DNA of 64,000 nucleotides from Podarcis vaucheri. Lineage: Eukaryota. Shown piece by piece: positions 53,354-64,000 of the stretch. Numbering within the stretch: the stretch's first letter is position 1; the number at the start of each line of letters is the position of its first letter. The translations under genes were made by a program, and so were the position numbers. The stretch lies in NCBI GenBank assembly GCA_965113315.1, contig OZ220377.1, one strand, 5' to 3'. The notes beneath the pieces were generated by a model, which did not search any database, had not been told where the DNA came from, and saw only the letters and a program-made list of their open reading frames with translations.

Positions 53354-53530
53354 CTGTGGCGTAACGGTTAGAGGGTCGGACTGGGACCCGGGAGAGCAGG
53401 GTTCGAGTCCGTCCCTCAACCCTGAAACTCATTGCGCGACCTCGGGCCTCTCAGCCCAACCTACCTCACAGGGCTGTTGTGAGCTCCTTTGAAGAAAAAT
53501 GTGCTATATAAATACAATAAATGAAATAAA
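53354..53530 (+). mobile_element. tRNA-derived SINE (Squam3-like) abutting the YWHAE promoter
   Basis: A box TGGCGTAACGG (53357), B box GGTTCGAGTCC (53400), CTCAGCCCAACCTACCTCACAGGGCTGTTGTGAG body. Confidence 0.7.
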
Positions 53531-53584
53531 GCCCGCAGGTGTGTCCTGGGGAAGAGCACTCCATTCGGGAGGGGGGCGGCATCT

Positions 53585-53585
53585 G

Positions 53586-53633
<48 letters not shown>

Positions 53634-54000
53634 TATTATTTGTACCCCGCCCATCTGGCTGGGTTTCCCCAGCCACTCTGGGCGGCTTCCATAGAAACCA
53701 AAAATACAGTAAAATATCACAGATTAAAAACTTCCCTGAACAGGGCTGCCTTAAGATGTCTTCTAAATGTCAGGTAGTTGTTTTTCTCTTTGACATCTGA
53801 TGGGAGGGCGTTCCACAGGGCGGGCGCCACTACCGAGAAGGCCCTCTGCCTGGTTCCCTGTAGCTTTGCTTCTCGCAATGAGGGAACCGCCAGAAGGCCC
53901 TCAGTGTCCGGGCAGAACGATGGGGGTGGAGACGCTCCTTCAGGTATACTGGGCCTTTGAGGCCGTTTAGGGCTTTAAAGGTCAGCACCAGCACTTTGAG
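53585..54000 (-). mobile_element. L2-like LINE 3' fragment with (TAA)n tail
   Basis: Reverse-complement homolog of 42466-42791; encodes [13 protein letters not shown]. Confidence 0.82.
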
Positions 54001-54935
54001 AAGGGCGCTCTGCATGCATTCTGCATCCCTGGTGCACCTCACAACCCCACTTGCATCCTTCCCAGGCACACGACTGCTTGGCCGGACCCTTGTCACCCTG
54101 CGCAGCCTCCTCCCCACCCCCCTGCTCAAATGGCAACCCGATGTCAGGGAGGAGGCTTGCCTCTCAAAAGGACTCACACTTTTTCTGTTGGATGCAGGGA
54201 GGTATACAAATATATACTTTGGCAAAGTAGTAAGTAATTATTTCTCAAAAGATCTGCTGCCCAGATCTGGGGACACCTTTGTAATAAATTTAGAATTTTT
54301 AAAGAAAAATAACCAGCTGACTTAATATTGGCAGACTGGCTTCAAACCTGGTTGGCAGGGTAAGTGCGATGGAGAAAGCTTTCCACAAGAATTATTTGAT
54401 TTCTCTACTACCCTTCATCTGAGGATCACAGGGTGATTTACACAACATAAAGAGCTCAGGAGGGTGGAGAGCCGAATGGCACAAACTTTGGACTAGCGCA
54501 GTGCACAAGTAGGCTGCAAAGAGGTAGAAATAGCTCAGTTACAGTGAATATTCGGTACCGTGAGCAGCTGGCATATCCACAGGGAGAAGTTGGTTTGAAC
54601 TAGTTTATTTGTCAGCTGTAGTCTCAATAGCCACAGTGCAATCTAAATTTTCAAGCACATCAAAGCGGTGTCAAAACTCTTATATGCCATGTGAGTTAAA
54701 TATAATTTAAACTGGCAGGAAAACTGAAATTCATCAACTTTGGGGACACATAATGTCCTTTTAATAGTAATTCAATTTGCATCCTACATCTACCAAGAAA
54801 TTGATCCTAATGTGCAACGCACGTAAGAAAATATTGAGGTACCTTTTCAATTTTGTTGCAATCACCCTAGGTATCTCACATATCCATATGTCTATATTTT
54901 TAAAGCAATGAGTCACAAATACGGTTTTTGCAATT

Positions 54936-54941
54936 TTTATT
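54936..54941 (-). terminator. Likely CRK distal polyadenylation signal
   Basis: AATAAA on the minus strand at the end of an AT-rich ~3 kb UTR-like region. Confidence 0.55.
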
Positions 54942-56829
54942 TACTTCACGTATTATGCACATGTCAATTACATACTACAAAAAGTAACTGTCAAGAAAGT
55001 GTGTAGTGTTATATAATACAGTGGCACATTTTTACATGTTTTTGATTCTTGTTCGCTTACTTAGTATCTTTCATCCAAATGGCATGTTATTAAAGATGAT
55101 TAAAATACTTGCAGTATTAGGAATTCCAACAGATTAACAAGATTAAACCACAGCAAGTTTTAGTATGAAAGGCTGGGTTTGACTTAGATGGAAGACAGGA
55201 TACACAGCAGCCCATTCAAAGAGAGTTCAGTATACCGATGCAAAACTGCACCAAAGAGAATGAAAACAGGGCAACCGATGGCGGTCAGAAACCTTTATGA
55301 GTTACGCTAGCTGTAGCACAAGTTAACCACCCAACACTGACCAAGTGACGCAGTCTTAAATCTCTGAAGTAACTAGGAAGGAAGGAGCTTCCCTGTGGAA
55401 AAGAAAAAGCAGCCTCCGATCTTGTGCAGGAGTTTAATGTCATCCATGCTTCCCTGCCTTCCAGCCTTACTCAGCACAAACATTGAAGCAAATGGAAGTT
55501 TGTTTTTTTCTGTTCCGTCTCAATCACTGTTGCATTCTTAAACACAGGGACTTTCCCCACACAACTTAAGAGAAGGGGTGGGGGGGTCTTCCTGATGTTG
55601 CTGGATGACAACTCCCATCACCTCTGCACTACTGGGTGGGTTTGCTGGGCTTGACTGGAACTGAATGCCAGCAACATCCGGAGGACTGTGGACTTAGGCA
55701 CAAAAGCTGGTTCCCTGCCTTCTGCCAAGCTGATCAGTGCCAAACTGAAATGGACTGTAATACCTATATTTTTTATTTTAAAATGCAGCACGTCAAGGTT
55801 TAATTAAAAATATTGCATTTCTCTGTAAAATACAGTTCCATGACAAAATTTAATAGTGTGAAAGAGGAACTACTAAAATCAACAAAAGCAAAGAAAGGTC
55901 TATGGATTTTAAGACTGTAGCATGTACTAAAGCTGTTTAATAAGGAGTTATGTTATCTTACAGGAAATGCTGTAAAAAGAAAAGGGAGGAACTTGCTGAG
56001 GAATTGGTCAACTTTACAGAGACAGGTAGGTCTCAACTATCAAATTCCAGTTAAGGAGAAGAATTAAATAATAATAATCTGCGTTCCCCATAAAAATCCA
56101 AGAAGGTTCATGAAGGCAACTGATTGTGTTCACGGCTTGCCCAATAATTTGGAAGCATGATCTAGATAAAACATGCAACAAGCACCATCAGAAGGAATAT
56201 TACCTGCCAACCTGAATTATTGATCAGCAAGAGCATTTTGCTAAAACCTGTCTGATGCCGTCACACATCTACAGCCAATTTGCATTACTCTGCAGGCACT
56301 GCCCTTTCAACGTAAAGCAATCGCACTTAAGCAGAAGTGAAGAACATGACCACTGCAGTGTTCCAGCCCCAAGGGCCTAACACACGGTGGTGTGTTCTGC
56401 ACATGGTCTCCATACTGGGATCCAGCTACTCCACTGCAACATGTAACAAGACAACACCCCACTTATATGGGATCATCCAAAGGACATTTCAGTTCTTTAT
56501 CCTTTAGGAAGAAAAGCCTTCTTTACAATTGCTGCATCTGGGTGGATGGTTGGATTGTTTAAAAAAGGATGTGGGGGGAAAGCAGCCTGGGAAATATTAG
56601 CACAAAAGTTGGATGTTTAAGTAGTGAAAAAGTGAAGGGATAAAAATTAATTTTGTGAATTATGAATGTATTAGAATCAATCCCAAAGCGTTTAAGTATT
56701 TCCATTAGTTTATTAAAAATAAGATCTTCATGGAGCCATCATGTGAATGCTTTACAAATGGAAACAAACAGACCTAAATAGCAGGTTTTAAAAAAAGGTT
56801 TTGGCATTTTGATTTCTGATGGCAATATT

Positions 56830-57034
56830 CAGTGCTTATTTTCTGGGGGTACGCACACCCCTAAATGTTTTGTGAATCTAACAGGAAAAGAAAGGTTTTT
56901 TTAAAAGTCTAGCACGGTGAATTGTCCGTTCCGTTGCTACCCCCGATGGTGGCCTCATTTCCTGTCACGGTGTTTCCTGAGTCTCAGACGGAATGAGAGT
57001 ACCCCATAACCTTTTTTTAAGGAAAAAAGCACTG
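56830..57034. mobile_element. hAT-type MITE
   Basis: TIRs CAGTGCTTATTTT / AAAAAAGCACTG; 8-bp TSD GCAATATT / GCAATACT. Confidence 0.75.
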
Positions 57035-57911
57035 GCAATACTTATCTTACTATACTGAATGAATAAAAGCACGCAAAGACTTTGAGGCACTTCCATTCCT
57101 TCCTGCAGCGCGTCAAAGGTTACATCTGGAGTGTAGTGCTCAGATCTGTAACAGATTCAGCAACTTGTATCGTTACCCATATTAGTGAATAAAGTGCAAC
57201 AAACATAGTTCTCTGCACTTAGAAGGCCAAATAGTCTACCTAATTTTTTAGGTTTTAATCTCTACTTCTGGAATTAAATCAGTAACTTGCTATGCCTGTA
57301 CTGGAGACTGATTTCTGAAACCCCCTTTCTTGGGAACTCTGGGGAATAGCCAAAACGCAGAATAGTTATACAATAGCTAACCCATTCAAATGATGGTAGT
57401 TATGCAACAGCTACCCCAGTATCAAAATAGTATGTTTAAACAGTCACCTGCAATGTGCAAATTGTACTTATTATGCAACAAGCAGTTATGATGCAGGAGT
57501 TGCAAATCAAATCCAAAGAGAGGAAATTTTCTTGGCTTAGCAAGTTGTGAGCTTTCTACTTAACCATTCAGGTTTGCTGCCTACAGACAAAGCAATGGGA
57601 CTGGTAAAGCCATACACAAGAACCCTCTTGAGGTGGCCAAATCCTACTTCCAGCAGGGAGGAGGGGAGGGGAGAGGGGAAGTGATGTCTCTGATTTACCT
57701 ATCCTTATGTGCCACTTTTGGCACAGAAGCCATTGAGTTTCGTACCCTGAAAACACAAGCCTCTTTTAAGTGTCGGGTCCCAGGGATATTTCAACAATAT
57801 CAGTGTCTTGCAGAAGTGACACTGCTTTTGACATCTAGGATCAGTCTATGGCAGCTGCAGTGGAACACAGTGTGTTTGTTCCCATCTGTAAGCAGAACCA
57901 TTGAGCCATAC

Positions 57912-62030
<4,119 letters not shown>

Positions 62031-62144
62031 GATGGGCATTACTATTCAAATAGTGTGCGTGCTCCACGTCCTGTGATTGATTATGCGGGGCAGTGCTTAC
62101 CAGCCCCCCCCCAATATTTTATTCACGATGGCATAATAATAAAT

Positions 62145-62284
62145 AATAATAATAATAACAACAACAATTTTTTATTTATATCCCGCCCTCCCCAGCCGAA
62201 GCCGGGCTCAGGGCGGCTAACAACAATAAAATAATACAACATTCTAAAATCATTTCATTATAAAATTAATTCAAATCAAATTGA
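62145..62284 (-). mobile_element. Short young L2-like 3' end
   Basis: Near-identical reverse complement of ~27012-27130; possible TSD ATAATAATAAAT at 62133 and 62285. Confidence 0.75.
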
Positions 62285-64000
62285 ATAATAATAAATCCCT
62301 AAGATCTTTATGACGTAGCTGCCAACTATGATAGCGGAAAGTGGTGCCTCCACGGCCAGGAGCAGTTTATCTCCTTCTGCCTGAGACAAGGTTTTTAGTT
62401 GCCCCTTTGTGAATAGGGTTTTATGGATTGTAAATGTTTTATTGATGATTTGTTAAATTTTAGGTATGATTTATGCTGTATTTCTAATGCTCTATTATGC
62501 TTTATCACGCTACTGTTATTTATTGCTTGTAAGCTGCAATGGATAAGAGCATAGAAATACAATCAAACCCAGCTTCTAAGGAGGCCTTTTGCCAGGAGGT
62601 CCTGCTGCTGCTCGTCTTTCCAGGCACTTCTGTGGGAAGCAGACAGGAGGGCTCGATTGGGGTAGGCACTCCCACCCCACATTCTAGTCCAGCAGAAGCA
62701 AGGCTCTTCTCCTGTTTTGCTGCTTGGAATCTCCTGTGGCTGCAGCAGCTTTAAATGAAGCCACTTAATATTGTTTGCACTGGCTGGCAGCCTGCCCCCG
62801 CTCCCTCCGGGATTGCATGCTGGGGACATTGCCACCTCTACCGGTAGATGCTGCCTGGGACAACATGGGTCTTCTGTATGCCAAGCACTGGCCCTTCCCT
62901 AGAAGTTGGTATGGAAAAATTGAGGGGAATAGGGCTGTAAAAGCCAACCCCAAGTTCTGTGGGTCAGAAAAGTTAGAGTGGAGGCAGGAACCAATGGAAA
63001 ACAAGGAATATCTTTATTTTTCTGTTGCAGCAGAGTCCTCACCATCACCTTGCAAGGAGGTGATGCCCCAGGATAAAGGTGTGTAAGTGCTTTTGAAGAC
63101 TTTAGAAGTCGCCCCTTAGCCCAGAGGCTTTCAACCTTTTTGAGTCCACGGCTCCCTTGTCCAACTACAATCTTTCTGTGTCTCCCCTGAGGGGATACAC
63201 TCCAAACCTCAGAAGCCCAGTTATGTCACCCCTTGTCTGCAAAACTGACAGCCCCTCAGCTTTTTTAAAACAATCTCCTTTTGTATTCCCTCAGGCTCTT
63301 CTGCTCTCCCATCTCCTTGGGAGTCTTCTGGACAGCAGCCACCACTCCACCCCAAAGAGAGGTGTCTCCTCATGCCGCCTGATGGAAAAAGAGATGTGAG
63401 TGGGCATCAGAGGAGGGAGAAAAGGAAGGAAAGAGGGACAGAGGCCAGAGCTGCCTGCGGCATCCCATCATTCAAAGCACTCCAGGGTGCCATGCTGAAA
63501 ACTCCTGGACTAGGGGTCAGACATGGCTGCAGTCTTGCTCTCTGTCCTATTTTAGATCACTTTTATTTGGTGGTATATTTGGCATTCCAGAAAACAGGGC
63601 AGGTGCTGTTTGTTTTGTATGCCCTTGAAGAGACTGAATAAAAATCATCATCATTATTATTATTAAAGTATAAAAATAAAAAACTCAGCCAAATGGGCGG
63701 GGTATAAATAATAAATTATTATTCATTATTCTTATTAACATACGTCCATAAATGACAAGTGTCATGGTTAAAGCAATTAAAGTGTTAAAATACTGATTTT
63801 TGTTTTATACTTTGTTGGGTGTAGTGAAGGGTTAACCTTCTGTGCCTCGAGCTTTGGTGTTTTATGCAATAATGCTCATGTTTCTTTCCCCTGATCAATA
63901 TTACATATCTCTTTTACTTGAAATAAATGAATAAGCCTCGTCTGTGCCCCTTGATTTCAAAGGCTCCGCCCTTGACTGCCACTCCAAACGTGGCCGCGGG

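Noticed and set aside
53354-53425. Possible tRNA gene (also 32540-32605 and 48470-48545)
   Set aside because: A and B boxes are present, but there is no proper cloverleaf and each is followed by a SINE body.

Overview
Vertebrate genomic DNA, most likely a squamate and probably a lacertid lizard (inferred from Sauria/Squam-type SINEs, Bov-B, L2, CR1 and Penelope elements). It holds three intact spliced genes. MYO1C is on + (31 coding exons, 19420-34451, 1029 aa, plus upstream alternative first exons). YWHAE/14-3-3 epsilon is on - (6 exons, 53035-39684, 255 aa). CRK is on - (3 exons, 61596-57912, 290 aa). Each has a CpG-island promoter. A 156-N assembly gap lies at 38859-39014. Nearly all ORFs in the supplied track are spurious. 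Main observations: (1) CRK-YWHAE is inverted relative to MYO1C compared with human; (2) the CRK SH2 domain lacks the long DE-loop insert; (3) there is an NM1-type MYO1C first exon and a second, unfamiliar 27-codon first exon; (4) several candidate YWHAE exons would remove the N-terminal helix or the acidic C-tail; (5) an intronic Penelope element carries a minimal hammerhead ribozyme. All exon calls were read by eye from splice signals and translation, without expression data.
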